Positions 26,878 through 36,682 of a DNA stretch of 64,000 nucleotides are shown here, in pieces. Each line of letters starts with the position of its first letter. The stretch's first letter is position 1. The notes beneath the pieces were generated by a model. That model saw nothing but the letters and a program-made list of their open reading frames with translations, searched no databases and had not been told where the DNA came from. The translations under genes and the position numbers were made by a program. This stretch comes from Parcubacteria bacterium C7867-004 (GTDB taxonomy: Bacteria > Patescibacteriota > Minisyncoccia > Phycocordibacterales > Phycocordibacteraceae). Location: assembly GCA_001189075.1 (NCBI GenBank), contig LFCN01000006.1:17605-81604 (forward strand). Reading direction: 5' to 3'.

Positions 26878-27274
26878 GCTGCTTGGTAAGGAAACTGGTA
26901 AGGATGAGCGCTGCTGCCGAAGCGTCTACTTCGGTTCGTCCCGCTCCTGAAGGCCGGAGTCCGTCGAACCCGCGTCTTGCTTCCTGGGTCGTGAGCATCT
27001 CCGGCTCAAAGGAGACTGAAATGGAAGAACGGCGCTCGAGCAGCTGCGCGAATGCTTTCGCTTCCTTGTGGATGGCGTTCTCGTTCCCTGCGAAATCAAG
27101 CGACTCCCCCATCACCACCGCACCCACTTCCTTGCGCTCGATGAGCGAGAGGATCTCGTCGATAAGACGCCCGTCGTTCGGCATGATGCCGTGCGGGAAG
27201 CCCATCTGCCCCGCTTCATCCGAGAGCGCGAGGCCTACTTTCTTCGAGCCGAAATCGATGCCGAGATACCGCAT
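26870..27274 (-). CDS. ruvX: YqgF/RuvX family pre-16S rRNA nuclease
   Basis: MRYLGIDFGSKKVGLALSD, EMLTT, VDASAAALIL. Confidence 0.92.
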   Translation of the reverse strand: MRYLGIDFGSKKVGLALSDEAGQMGFPHGIMPNDGRLIDEILSLIERKEVGAVVMGESLDFAGNENAIHKEAKAFAQLLERRSSISVSFEPEMLTTQEARRGFDGLRPSGAGRTEVDASAAALILTSFLTKQHG

Positions 27275-27334
27275 GCTGAAATCGTACACGTACGCCGCCC
27301 TCCGTGCTACACTCCCCACCGTACGCCAAGATAC

Positions 27335-27419
27335 GGAGAGATGCGTGAGCGGTCGAAACGAGCGGTCTTGAAAACCGCCAGGCCGAAAGGTCTCGTGGGT
27401 TCGAATCCCACTCTCTCCG
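27335..27419 (+). tRNA. tRNA-Ser(UGA)
   Basis: GGAGAGA/TCTCTCC, GCGGT-CTTGAAA-ACCGC, long variable arm, G73. Confidence 0.94.
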
Positions 27420-27480
27420 CTACGATACAGTGTTAGTTTCAGGAATCTAGGGGTGCGCGAGTGCTATCATTCCTTTATAT

Positions 27481-27954
27481 ATGGCTCGCGCAGTTTTCTT
27501 CGAATGGGAAGCGACCGAATACGCCTTCGAGCAGAAAGGTGCTGATTGGTATTGGGCGCTCGGTATCATCGCGGTTGCTATCGCTATAACGAGCATCCTG
27601 TTTGGAAACGTCATCCTCGCACTGCTCGTTCTCGCAGCATCCGGCACGCTTGCGATAGCAGTTGCCAAGCACCCAAGAACGCATCTGTTCCGGGTAACTG
27701 ACGAAGGAGTGATGATCGACGAGAACCTCTATACCTACGAGCACATCCTATCGTTCTCGATTCTTGAGTATCTTGATCCTGCATTCCCAACCGCGCTCTC
27801 GATTAAGACGTCGCGCATCTTCGCGCCGCACCTCCTTATCCCTATCGTAGGTCCCGATCCGATGGAGGTTTATGAGTTCTTCGTCCGGCACGTCGAGGAA
27901 GGCAAGCATGACGAGTCGCTCGTCGATCGCATCATCGAACTGCTTCGGCTGTAG
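27481..27954 (+). CDS. Hypothetical membrane protein (2 TM plus PH-like domain)
   Basis: FEWEATEY...K.ADWYW, two TM helices, beta-rich C-terminus. Confidence 0.7.
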   Translation: MARAVFFEWEATEYAFEQKGADWYWALGIIAVAIAITSILFGNVILALLVLAASGTLAIAVAKHPRTHLFRVTDEGVMIDENLYTYEHILSFSILEYLDPAFPTALSIKTSRIFAPHLLIPIVGPDPMEVYEFFVRHVEEGKHDESLVDRIIELLRL

Positions 27955-27997
27955 CTTCGGTTGCGATTAGGGCCCGAAAACGGTAGAGTCCTGTTAC

Positions 27998-28069
27998 GCT
28001 CTTGTCGTTCAATGGATAGGACATAACTTTGCGGAAGTTAAAATGATGGTTCGATTCCATCCAAGAGCA
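27998..28069 (+). tRNA. tRNA-Arg(GCG)
   Basis: GCTCTTG/CAAGAGC, TAACT-TTGCGGA-AGTTA, GGTTCGATTCC. Confidence 0.9.
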
Positions 28070-28093
28070 CCGAAAATGATATAAGGGAGACAT

Positions 28094-28165
28094 GCTCCTG
28101 TCTTTCAATGGATAGGATAGCTCCCTCCGAAGGAGCCGATGCAGGTTCGATTCCTGCCAGGAGCA
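28094..28165 (+). tRNA. tRNA-Arg(CCG)
   Basis: GCTCCTG/CAGGAGC, GCTCC-CTCCGAA-GGAGC, GCAGGTTCGATTCCTGC. Confidence 0.9.
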
Positions 28166-28214
28166 CAGAAAGTAAAAACCCGGAACGAGCGTTCCGGGTT
28201 TTTACTTTCTGTGC
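28163..28214. terminator. 24-bp perfect inverted repeat; bidirectional terminator between tRNA-Arg and rpsT
   Basis: GCACAGAAAGTAAAAACCCGGAAC-GAGC-GTTCCGGGTTTTTACTTTCTGTGC. Confidence 0.8.
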
Positions 28215-28216
28215 CC

Positions 28217-28480
28217 TTATGCTGAAGCGCGCTTGATCGCCTTCGCGAGGCGGGACTTCTTGCGGCTCGCCGCGTTCTTCTTGATGATGCCGCCCTTCGC
28301 TGCCTTATCGATAGCCTTGTATGCCGCCGAAAGAGACTTCTCCGCCTCCTTAACGTCGGTTCCGATAGCCTTTTTCACTACCTTAGTAGTCTCCGTAAGG
28401 GCGCGCTTGCGGCGCACATTGAAAACGTGCTTCTTGAGAGATGCGCGGTGCGCCTTCTTTGCTGATTTCGTGATTGCCAT
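28217..28480 (-). CDS. rpsT: 30S ribosomal protein S20
   Basis: MAITKSAKKA...AIDKAAKGGIIKKNAASRKKSRL. Confidence 0.96.
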   Translation of the reverse strand: MAITKSAKKAHRASLKKHVFNVRRKRALTETTKVVKKAIGTDVKEAEKSLSAAYKAIDKAAKGGIIKKNAASRKKSRLAKAIKRASA

Positions 28481-28548
28481 GTGTGCCGAATAGTACTACC
28501 CAAACCGGCTAATCGCAAGCTTGCTGCTTGAAATGGTACGATGAGCAC

Positions 28549-29100
28549 ATGATACGGCAGCTGCGGGGTACGGTACTCAGTCACGAGCCTACCGGGATAA
28601 TCGTCGAGGTCGCCGGATGGGGCGTACTAGTGAACATGGCGTCACCCGAGACCGTCCTCCCCGGATCCGAGGTAACCTTGATGACCTATCTCTCCGTAAA
28701 GCAGGACGGTATGGACCTCTACGGTTTCCCCGACGAAGCGGAGCGGCGTTTCTTCGAGCTTCTCCTTCAGGTCTCGGGCGTCGGACCGAAGACCGCCCTT
28801 TCCATACTCAAACGCGCTCCTCGCGAAGCGCTGGAAGGCGCGATCGCTGCGCGCGATCTCGATTACCTCACCCGTGTCATAGGCCTCGGGAAGAAGGCTG
28901 CCGAGAAACTGATCGTCGAACTCTCGGAAAAGGTGGGTGGCTCAACTAAAGTGCATGACGATGCCGACGGCGAGGTGTTCGATACGCTCGTCGCGCTCGG
29001 GTACACGGATCGGGAGGCGAGGAAAGCGGTTGCCGCAGTTCCCAAAGCCATCACCGGAACTGACGCCCGGCTTAAGGCAGCGCTCTCCTCCTCTCGTTAG
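28549..29100 (+). CDS. ruvA: Holliday junction branch migration protein RuvA
   Basis: MIRQLRG, LYGF, VSGVGPKTAL, GLGKKAAEKLIVEL, LVALGY. Confidence 0.95.
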   Translation: MIRQLRGTVLSHEPTGIIVEVAGWGVLVNMASPETVLPGSEVTLMTYLSVKQDGMDLYGFPDEAERRFFELLLQVSGVGPKTALSILKRAPREALEGAIAARDLDYLTRVIGLGKKAAEKLIVELSEKVGGSTKVHDDADGEVFDTLVALGYTDREARKAVAAVPKAITGTDARLKAALSSSR

Positions 29101-29102
29101 GT

Positions 29103-30365
29103 ATGGGTACGCTTAAGCGATTGATCGAGTCTCTCCTTCCCCGTCGCGTGTATCGGGCATTGCTGGCTCCGTACCATCTTGCGTGGACCGCACTCATCGC
29201 GCTCAAGTATGGCTTCCCAGCAAATAAGCTCACCGTTATCGGCGTAACCGGGACCAAAGGCAAATCGTCGGTCTCCGAGATGCTGGTAGCAATCCTCGAG
29301 GAAGCGGGACATTCCGTAGCCCTTTCAAGCACGATTCATTTCAAGGTTGGAGATGAGACCCGTCCGAATCTCTATAAGATGACTCTCCCTGGTCGCGGCT
29401 TTATCCAGAAGCTACTCGGCGAAGCCGTCGAGAAAGGCTGCACGCATGCCGTTATCGAGATAACAAGCGAAGCCGCGCTCCAGTACCGACATCTCCTCCT
29501 TTCAATGGATGCGCTGGTGTTCACGAATCTCGAACGCGAGCACATCGAATCCCATGGCGGCATGGAGCAGTACGTTGCCGCAAAGCTCCGTATCGGCAAA
29601 GCGATGGAGCGATCACCGAAGCGGCCGCGCGCCATAATCGCGAACACCGACAATCGGTACGCGGATCGCTTTCTCGCGCTTTCGGTTGAAGAGAAGATCT
29701 CGTTCTCGCTTGCGGATGCGCAGGATATAGAGCGTGCATACGATCACGTCGCGTTTACGTACGACGATGTCCGGTTCTCCCTCCCTCACCCGGGCGACTT
29801 CAGCATCCGGAACGCGCTGGCTTCCGTTAAAGCTAGTCGCTTCCTCGGCGTACCTATCGAGAAAGCGAGCGCGGCGCTTGCGAAGCTAGCGGTTATTCCC
29901 GGCCGCGCGGAGCGTATCGAGGCGGGACAGGACTTCGTGGCCGTTGTTGATTATGCGCACACCCCTGACTCCCTCAAGGCGCTGTATGAGGCATATCAGA
30001 ATAAGAGAAAGATCTGTGTGCTCGGGAACACCGGCGGCGGGCGCGATACTTGGAAGCGACCGGAAATGGGCCGTATTGCCGAAGAGTATTGCGACGAGGT
30101 TATCCTCACGAACGAAGATCCGTATGACGAAGATCCCGATGCTATCGTCCGCATGATGGCCAAGGGTATGAAGCAAAAAACACCGACCATCATCATGGAT
30201 CGGCGAGAAGCGATCGCGCACGCACTTTCGAGCGCGCGTACTGGAGACGTCGTGCTCGTAACCGGAAAAGGAACGGACCCCTACCTTATGGAAGCGAACG
30301 GCGTGAAAACACCATGGAGCGATGCGGGGGTCGTACGTGAAGAGCTCGAAAAGATAGTTCGCTAA
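29103..30365 (+). CDS. murE: Mur ligase, MurE-like
   Basis: GVTGTKGKSS, EITS, FTNLEREH, IPGRAE, VVDYAHTPDS, TNEDP, DRREAI, GKG. Confidence 0.85.
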   Translation: MGTLKRLIESLLPRRVYRALLAPYHLAWTALIALKYGFPANKLTVIGVTGTKGKSSVSEMLVAILEEAGHSVALSSTIHFKVGDETRPNLYKMTLPGRGFIQKLLGEAVEKGCTHAVIEITSEAALQYRHLLLSMDALVFTNLEREHIESHGGMEQYVAAKLRIGKAMERSPKRPRAIIANTDNRYADRFLALSVEEKISFSLADAQDIERAYDHVAFTYDDVRFSLPHPGDFSIRNALASVKASRFLGVPIEKASAALAKLAVIPGRAERIEAGQDFVAVVDYAHTPDSLKALYEAYQNKRKICVLGNTGGGRDTWKRPEMGRIAEEYCDEVILTNEDPYDEDPDAIVRMMAKGMKQKTPTIIMDRREAIAHALSSARTGDVVLVTGKGTDPYLMEANGVKTPWSDAGVVREELEKIVR

Positions 30366-30381
30366 CTGCTACTATTACCTC

Positions 30382-31323
30382 ATGAAAGGAGATGCATTCT
30401 TTTTCCTCGGCATCATCGCCTTCTTCTTTATCCTTTGGTACGCGAGCGGCGGACCGACGAAGCCGATATCCTTTGCCGGCCCGTACATTACGCCGATAAC
30501 AAACGTCGATACCGTTCAGCAGGGATATGGTGATGCTCCAGACAACAACAGCATCTGGGCGAATATCACCGGTCTCTCGGCAATCGAGAACAGCCTCGCG
30601 GGACTCCAGCGTTCCTCATCAGAGATCCGCGCGTTCGGGAATCCGTCTCCGTATAAGGGACAGGTAACGGTGAGCAGCGCGTCCGGTGCGGGAGCGACGC
30701 GCGCTGACGAGGAATATGTGACGATCCGAAACTCCGGGTCGGCTCCCGTGACGATTTCCGGATGGCGCTTGGTCTCGGGAGCGTCCGGTCGCGGCGAAGA
30801 CATTCCCTGGGGGGCGGTCCTTCCAAAGAAAAGCGGCGTGAACGATCTTGCGCCGATAGTCCTTGCTCCCGGCGAGGAAGCAGCGATCGTAACAGGTGAG
30901 TCCCCTATCGGCGACTCGTTCAAGGAGAACAAGTGCGCGGGCTACCTCGCCAAGAGCCAGAAGTTCGTACCGTCGATACAGACCTCGTGTCCGTCCGCGG
31001 TTGATGAGTTCGATCGCTACTTCACCGGGAACGAGCTGAAGGACGACAAGTGCTATCAGCTCGTACAGAGCACACCGTCCTGCACCACTCCACGAGAAAG
31101 CTCCGGCCTGTCTTCCTCGTGCAGACGGTTGGTTGATGATCAGCTCTCGTATGCCGGATGCGTTGACACGCACCGCTACGAGAGCGATTTCTATGGCACG
31201 ACCTGGCACATATATCTCGAGCACGAGAAGGACCGGAAACAGGTTGAGCTCTGGAAATCGAGTAGGGATGCGGTGAAGCTGCTCGATGAGAATGGCCTTA
31301 CCGTAGACCTCTATACCTATTAG
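30382..31323 (+). CDS. Secreted/anchored protein with lamin-tail-like domain and Cys-rich insert
   Basis: N-terminal TM, EYVTIRNSGSAPVTISGWRL, DAVKLLDENGLTVD, six Cys. Confidence 0.7.
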   Translation: MKGDAFFFLGIIAFFFILWYASGGPTKPISFAGPYITPITNVDTVQQGYGDAPDNNSIWANITGLSAIENSLAGLQRSSSEIRAFGNPSPYKGQVTVSSASGAGATRADEEYVTIRNSGSAPVTISGWRLVSGASGRGEDIPWGAVLPKKSGVNDLAPIVLAPGEEAAIVTGESPIGDSFKENKCAGYLAKSQKFVPSIQTSCPSAVDEFDRYFTGNELKDDKCYQLVQSTPSCTTPRESSGLSSSCRRLVDDQLSYAGCVDTHRYESDFYGTTWHIYLEHEKDRKQVELWKSSRDAVKLLDENGLTVDLYTY

Positions 31324-31352
31324 AGGTATAAATACCGCGCAGCAAAAGAAAT

Positions 31353-31425
31353 GCGCCCATAGCTCAGTTGGTAGAGCAACTCCCTTTTAAGGAGATGGTC
31401 CTTGGTTCAAATCCAAGTGGGCGCA
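31353..31425 (+). tRNA. tRNA-Lys(UUU)
   Basis: GCGCCCA/TGGGCGC, CTCC-CTTTTAA-GGAG, CTTGGTTCAAATCCAAG. Confidence 0.93.
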
Positions 31426-32073
31426 CTACAACGATAGTGCGAAGCGCTCCAGCGCAGGGCCGAGCGGTAAATCGCCGCTACGTGAGTCGGAAAGGAGCTC
31501 GATGAGAGATACTGAAAGAGCGCGAGCACCATCCTTGCCCCATTTCGTACTCCCCTTCTGCATTAGGTCGCGTGCTTTCCAATGCAGAAGGCCGTGAAGC
31601 GCTTCGGGCGCGTCACCCTGCCGCTCTGCTTTCACGATTTCTTTCCAAAGCGCCTGACCGTCTTTAGCGGCGAGCGCGTTAACGAGTCCCGAATTGAATC
31701 CGCGCTCGCGCTTGGGTAGAGCATCTTCTTTGAATACTTTCGTAGCGATCGCTTCGAGCTTCTTCGCGCGAGCAGCCAGTAGCTTCGGAGCAACGATAGC
31801 GATGGGATTCTCGCTTGCTGCAAGCTCATCAAGTAGTGAGAGCACGATCTCTCCCGTCTCTGCGTCCGCGAACGGATCATCGATGAGCACGAGTGATTTG
31901 GTATGAAACAATCCCTGCGCGCTTATGGCATTCCGAATAGAAGTTTCAGAAAGGCTGTCGCCTTCAAGCCTGAGGTACGCAGCGTCCGGCGCCTTCGTGC
32001 GCGCGGCAGCTACCCACAAGAACGCTTTGGCACGCGCTCTTCCTGCATCGGTTCCGTGGAAGAGGTAGATCAT
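31426..32073 (-). CDS. Short DNA polymerase III delta (HolA)-like protein
   Basis: MIYLFHGTD, QGLFHTKSLVLI, helical C-terminus ending LERFALSL; overlaps the polA stop. Confidence 0.65.
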   Translation of the reverse strand: MIYLFHGTDAGRARAKAFLWVAAARTKAPDAAYLRLEGDSLSETSIRNAISAQGLFHTKSLVLIDDPFADAETGEIVLSLLDELAASENPIAIVAPKLLAARAKKLEAIATKVFKEDALPKRERGFNSGLVNALAAKDGQALWKEIVKAERQGDAPEALHGLLHWKARDLMQKGSTKWGKDGARALSVSLIELLSDSRSGDLPLGPALERFALSL

Positions 32074-34463
32074 AACGGTTCGAGATCGCCCCAGCTCGGC
32101 CCCACCTTCGCTTCCGCGAGAAGCGGAATACCGTTCGTTTCTTCGGGCGTAAGTACCGACTCCATAATCTCCTCGATCTTGAGCGCGAGCTCTTTCGCTT
32201 TCTCCTTCCGGATCTCGAACACGAGCTCGTCATGCACCTGGAGCATGAGATGCGCGTCGTCGAGGGCTTTAGCTTCCCGAAGCATTGCATCGATTCGCAC
32301 CATGGCGAGTTTGATGATATCGGCTTGCGTGCCCTGTATCGGCGCGTTGATAGCCATGCGCTCCGCTTGTGCGCGCACATACGGCAACGTCGACTTCATT
32401 TCCGGAAACTGTCGTCGCCGACCGAACATGGTTTCCGTAAAGCCGTTCTTGCGCGCGAAGCCGCGCGTCGACTCGAGATACTTGGCCAGCGTGTCGAAGG
32501 TCACGAAATAATCGTCATAAAACTGATGCGCCTCGGCAGCGCTCGTTCCAAGCTGTGCCTTGAGCGCGTTCACGCCCATACCGTAGAGGATACCGAAGTT
32601 GATGATCTTCGCGCGGCGGCGCATCTCATGATCGACGGCGGACGGCTCCACACCAAAGACAGCGGCGGCCACTTCCCGGTGTACGTCGCGGCCGGAACGG
32701 AAGATGTCCGACAGCTTCTCGTCCTTCGAGAGGATGGCGGCGATCCGGAGCTCGATCTGCGAGTAGTCGAGTCCGACGAGCGTAAAGCCGTCCGCTGGAA
32801 TAAACGCGTGTCGAATCGCGCGCCCCTGCTCGGTGCGTATCGGAATGTTCTGAAGACCTGGGTTCTGGGTCGCCATGCGCCCAGTAACTGCTCCGGTCTG
32901 GAGGAACTCTGTATGGAGGCGATCCTGCTCATCAAGGAGCGGCGGGATGGCTTCTATGTAGGTACCGAGCAGTTTCTGAAGTCCGCGATACTTGAGCACC
33001 TCGCTGATTATCGGGTGCGCCTCGCGCAGCTTCTCGAGCTCCGACTCCTTCGTCGAGCGCTGGCCGGTAGCGGTCTTCTTCTGTCCTTTCGCGGCAAGAC
33101 CGAGCTCATCGAACAGAACGTCGCCGAGCTGCTTCGGCGAGCTTACATTGAACTCTCGCCCCGCCATCTTGTAGATACCCTTCTCGATCTTCTCGAGCTC
33201 CGCGCGATACTCCTTCCGGAGCTTCTCGAGCATCGCGCGGTCGATGCGGACGCCGCATTTCTCCATGGCGCGGAGTACGGGAATGAGCGGCTTCTCCATG
33301 GTCTCGTACAGCTCTTTAAGCCTGCCGGTTGAAGCGAGGCCTTTCTCAAGTGTCGCGTACGCCTCATCAAAGCTCTTTGCTTTCGTATACGCGAGCACAT
33401 CATCGAGCGTCGGGTTCGTGAACTCGGAACACAAGAGCCAGAGCATTACACATGCCTCCTGCAGCCGGGTCGGCTCAACGTCTTCCATCACTTCCTCCAC
33501 AGTGTCTTCGTCCTCGCTTTCGTCACTGTCCTCTCCTCCAAGTAGCGTGCGGACACGCGGTTTCAATGACCGGAACCCGAGCTCGTCGAAGAGTGTCGAG
33601 AGCTTCTCCAGCATTACGGTCTCACGCCATAGTTTCGCCGGAAGATTGAACGCAATGGGAGCGTCGTCGCGGATGGTAGCGAGTGACTTCGAGAAACGTG
33701 CATCCTCTTCGTGCTCCTTGAGGAGCCCGAGAATGCGGGGCTTAACGCCCGCATCGAGCAGCTTCTGCTCATCCTTTTTAATAACCTTGTATAGATTCTC
33801 CATCGTGCCGAACTTCTGCACGAGCTCGGTGCCCGTCTTCTCGCCGATGCCGGGGACGCCCTTGATGTTGTCGGACGGGTCTCCGCGCAGACCCTTCCAA
33901 TCCGGGATCAGTTCCGGCGGAAAGCCGTATCGGTCGATGACTGCCTGCTCGTCATAGAGAATGACGTCGTTAAGCCCTTTCTTGAGCGTATACACCTGGA
34001 CCTTTTTCTCATCAATGAGTTGCATGGTATCCATGTCCCCTGACGCGATGATGATCTCGGTGTCTTTGTCCTTCTTGAGCATTTTTACTATGGTTCCCAG
34101 AATGTCGTCGGCCTCGAATCCTTCGCGTTCATAAATAGGTATCGAGAACGCTTTGAACACATCACGGGATGTTCCGAGCTGGGTGATGAGCGCATCATCT
34201 ATCTTCGATCGGGATCCTTTGTACTCGGCATAGGCTTCGTGTCGGATGGTCGGCTTCGGCAGGTCGTAGCAAGCCACGATGTAATCCGGCGCAAGATCAG
34301 TCGCTATCCGCACGAGCATCGTCGAGAGTCCGTAGAGGGCTCCGGTCGGCGCGCCATCAGGTCCGGTGAATTCCGGAAGGGCATGGTACGCGCGGTGAAT
34401 GATCGCGTGCGCATCAAGCAGCACGAGACGTGTCTTTCCGGTAGAAACTTTTTTAGTGGGCAT
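32070..34463 (-). CDS. polA: DNA polymerase I (5'-3' exonuclease plus polymerase; 3'-5' exonuclease domain reduced)
   Basis: LLDAHAIIHRAYHALP, EADD, GDPSDNIKGVPGIGEKT, DYSQIELR, RAKIINFGILYG, QVHDEL. Start at ATG 34463. Confidence 0.95.
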   Translation of the reverse strand: MPTKKVSTGKTRLVLLDAHAIIHRAYHALPEFTGPDGAPTGALYGLSTMLVRIATDLAPDYIVACYDLPKPTIRHEAYAEYKGSRSKIDDALITQLGTSRDVFKAFSIPIYEREGFEADDILGTIVKMLKKDKDTEIIIASGDMDTMQLIDEKKVQVYTLKKGLNDVILYDEQAVIDRYGFPPELIPDWKGLRGDPSDNIKGVPGIGEKTGTELVQKFGTMENLYKVIKKDEQKLLDAGVKPRILGLLKEHEEDARFSKSLATIRDDAPIAFNLPAKLWRETVMLEKLSTLFDELGFRSLKPRVRTLLGGEDSDESEDEDTVEEVMEDVEPTRLQEACVMLWLLCSEFTNPTLDDVLAYTKAKSFDEAYATLEKGLASTGRLKELYETMEKPLIPVLRAMEKCGVRIDRAMLEKLRKEYRAELEKIEKGIYKMAGREFNVSSPKQLGDVLFDELGLAAKGQKKTATGQRSTKESELEKLREAHPIISEVLKYRGLQKLLGTYIEAIPPLLDEQDRLHTEFLQTGAVTGRMATQNPGLQNIPIRTEQGRAIRHAFIPADGFTLVGLDYSQIELRIAAILSKDEKLSDIFRSGRDVHREVAAAVFGVEPSAVDHEMRRRAKIINFGILYGMGVNALKAQLGTSAAEAHQFYDDYFVTFDTLAKYLESTRGFARKNGFTETMFGRRRQFPEMKSTLPYVRAQAERMAINAPIQGTQADIIKLAMVRIDAMLREAKALDDAHLMLQVHDELVFEIRKEKAKELALKIEEIMESVLTPEETNGIPLLAEAKVGPSWGDLEPL

Positions 34464-34902
34464 AGGAAATGTGGCGGGTGCCGTCCGTACGGACCTCAAG
34501 CGAGATGGCGACATCGGCCTGCGGCAGTTCGTCTTTCACCATCTCCGGCCATTCGAGGAGAATGAGGTTCGATGGGTCCGTGATGAGATCCTGAAATCCA
34601 GTGGTGGCGAGGCCGTTCTCCTCCGTAAGCCGGTAGGCATCGAGGTGCACGAGGCGCTCGAAGGAGTTCCCTTCGGGAAGCAGGTACGTCTTTGCGAGTA
34701 CGAACGTCGGACTCGTGACAGGGTCGAGAACGCCAAGGAATCGCGCTATCGCCTGTACGAACGTCGTCTTCCCTGCGCCGAGCTCGCCTGAAAAGGTTAC
34801 GAGTGTCGCCGCGTCCGCTTTCGGCAAGAGCGTGCGAGTAAATCGCTCCGCCTCCTGCTCGAGTTCATCCAGATTTATGAGCGCTCGGCCGGAGGGTTCC
34901 AT
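34453..34902 (-). CDS. tsaE: tRNA threonylcarbamoyladenosine biosynthesis ATPase TsaE
   Basis: GELGAGKTTF, VTSPTF, HLDAYRL, LEWPE. Confidence 0.94.
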   Translation of the reverse strand: MEPSGRALINLDELEQEAERFTRTLLPKADAATLVTFSGELGAGKTTFVQAIARFLGVLDPVTSPTFVLAKTYLLPEGNSFERLVHLDAYRLTEENGLATTGFQDLITDPSNLILLEWPEMVKDELPQADVAISLEVRTDGTRHISYAH

Positions 34903-34959
34903 GCCATTCATTGTACCAAGCAGTGCGCTCTGTCGCCCACGGTGCGGTATTATGGCTTC

Positions 34960-36630
34960 ATGCAGCAGTTTGATACCGAAGCAGAAGACGCGAAGCTCGC
35001 TTCGCTGCGCGCAAGCGAGGAAGAGGATCTCGTTCGCGTACTTTCCGAGAAGTACGGCATCGCGTACACCGATCTGGGAATCATCCCCGTGAACGTGGAC
35101 GCGCTTCGGCTTATCCCTGAGAAAGAAGCCCGGGAGGCGGAGGTTATCGCCTTCGATAAGAGCGGGAAGCATCTCTCACTAGCGATGCGCAGTCCGGGTA
35201 ATGTCCTGCTCGAACAGGTTGAGCATGCACTTGAGGCCCAGGGCTTCATCCTTTCGCGATTCCTCGCTTCAAGGCATAGCCTCGAGCGCGGCTATGAGCG
35301 CTATAAGGAACTTTCGTTCGCGACCGAGAGCCACGCAGGCGTGTTCGATATCGCCGGTGGCGAGCTCGAGACACTGCGCGCGGAACTCATCAACCTTCCC
35401 GCGCTCCGCGCCCGCATCGACAGCGCACTCGTCGCGAAGCAGCGCGCACAAGTCTCAAAGGTACTCGAGTTCGTGCTCGCAGCGGCGTTCGCCATGCGCG
35501 CATCTGATATCCATCTCGAACCGGAAGAACATGACGTTCGGCTTCGTCTGCGCCTGGACGGTCAGCTCACCGACGCATACTCGTTCGACCCGCACACGTA
35601 CCAGCTCATGTCGTCCCGCATCAAGCTCCTGTCGGGACTCAAGCTGAATGTGCATAATCGCGCACAAGATGGACGCTTTACCGTCCCGGTCTCGGGCGCC
35701 GAAGTCGAGATACGTACCTCGCTCATCCCGGGCGCCTATGGCGAATCATTCGTTATGCGTATCCTCGACCCGAGCATGCTTGGCGTTACGTTCGAGTCGC
35801 TCGGCATACAGCCGAAGCTGCTTGCCCGCCTCGAGACGGAAATAACACGCCCGACCGGCATGCTGCTCACAACCGGACCGACCGGCTCCGGAAAGACGAC
35901 ATCGCTCTACGCATTCCTCAAGCGTATTCATACGCCGGAAGTTAAGATCGTCACCATCGAAGATCCGGTCGAGTACCACCTTCCCGGCATCGTGCAGACA
36001 CAGGCTGACGGAGAGCACTACACCTTCGCGTCAGGACTTCGTTCAGTCCTTCGTCAGGACCCGGACGTGATCATGGTTGGCGAGATCCGCGACAGTGAGG
36101 TGGCAGACACGGCCGTACAGGCAGCACTTACCGGACACTTCGTGTTCTCGACGCTTCATACCAATAACGCGGCAGGAACCTTCCCGCGCCTGGTTGATCT
36201 CGGCGTCGACCCTAAAACGTTCGCCTCTGCGGTGTCGGTAGCCATGGCGCAGCGCCTCGTTCGAAAGCTTGATCCTGAGGCGAGGAAACAGGTGCCCGCT
36301 ACCGACGAGCAGAAGAAGACGATGGAGAAGATACTCTCAACTGTCGAAGATAAGAGCCTGCTCCCCGCTTCCCTCGACACGGTCTGGGTACCAGACCCTA
36401 AGGACGAGGTTACAACCGGATATCGGGGCCGCGTTGGTCTCTACGAAGCGATATTCATGGACGAAGAACTCGGTACCTTCCTGCGGGACAACCCGAGCGA
36501 GGGCGAGATAGCGAAGTCGGTTCGTCGCCAGGGATTCCTCACCATGGCGCAGGACGGCGTGCTTAAAGCGATTGATGGCACCACGTCGCTCGACGAGGTT
36601 CTGAAGGTGGTTGATATTCCCCGCGACTAG
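34960..36630 (+). CDS. pilB: GspE/PilB family pilus assembly ATPase
   Basis: ASDIHLEP, QDGRF, TGPTGSGKTT, TIEDPVEY, LRQDPDVIMVGEIRD, TGHFVFSTLH, GYRGR. Confidence 0.9.
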   Translation: MQQFDTEAEDAKLASLRASEEEDLVRVLSEKYGIAYTDLGIIPVNVDALRLIPEKEAREAEVIAFDKSGKHLSLAMRSPGNVLLEQVEHALEAQGFILSRFLASRHSLERGYERYKELSFATESHAGVFDIAGGELETLRAELINLPALRARIDSALVAKQRAQVSKVLEFVLAAAFAMRASDIHLEPEEHDVRLRLRLDGQLTDAYSFDPHTYQLMSSRIKLLSGLKLNVHNRAQDGRFTVPVSGAEVEIRTSLIPGAYGESFVMRILDPSMLGVTFESLGIQPKLLARLETEITRPTGMLLTTGPTGSGKTTSLYAFLKRIHTPEVKIVTIEDPVEYHLPGIVQTQADGEHYTFASGLRSVLRQDPDVIMVGEIRDSEVADTAVQAALTGHFVFSTLHTNNAAGTFPRLVDLGVDPKTFASAVSVAMAQRLVRKLDPEARKQVPATDEQKKTMEKILSTVEDKSLLPASLDTVWVPDPKDEVTTGYRGRVGLYEAIFMDEELGTFLRDNPSEGEIAKSVRRQGFLTMAQDGVLKAIDGTTSLDEVLKVVDIPRD

Positions 36631-36644
36631 CAAGGTCGCGGGGA

Positions 36645-36682
36645 ATATGAAAACCGCACGCTTTCGCGTGCGGTTTTCATAT
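36645..36682. terminator. Bidirectional terminator between pilB and the putative 6S RNA
   Basis: ATATGAAAACCGCACGC-TTTC-GCGTGCGGTTTTCATAT. A second hairpin at 36614-36648 spans the pilB stop. Confidence 0.8.

Noticed and set aside
28163-28214. 24-bp perfect inverted repeat at a tRNA 3' end as a MITE or att site
   Set aside because: No target duplication, no second copy of the tRNA end and no integrase; it fits a bidirectional terminator between convergent genes.
32232-33332. 366-aa plus-strand ORF
   Set aside because: Antisense shadow of polA.
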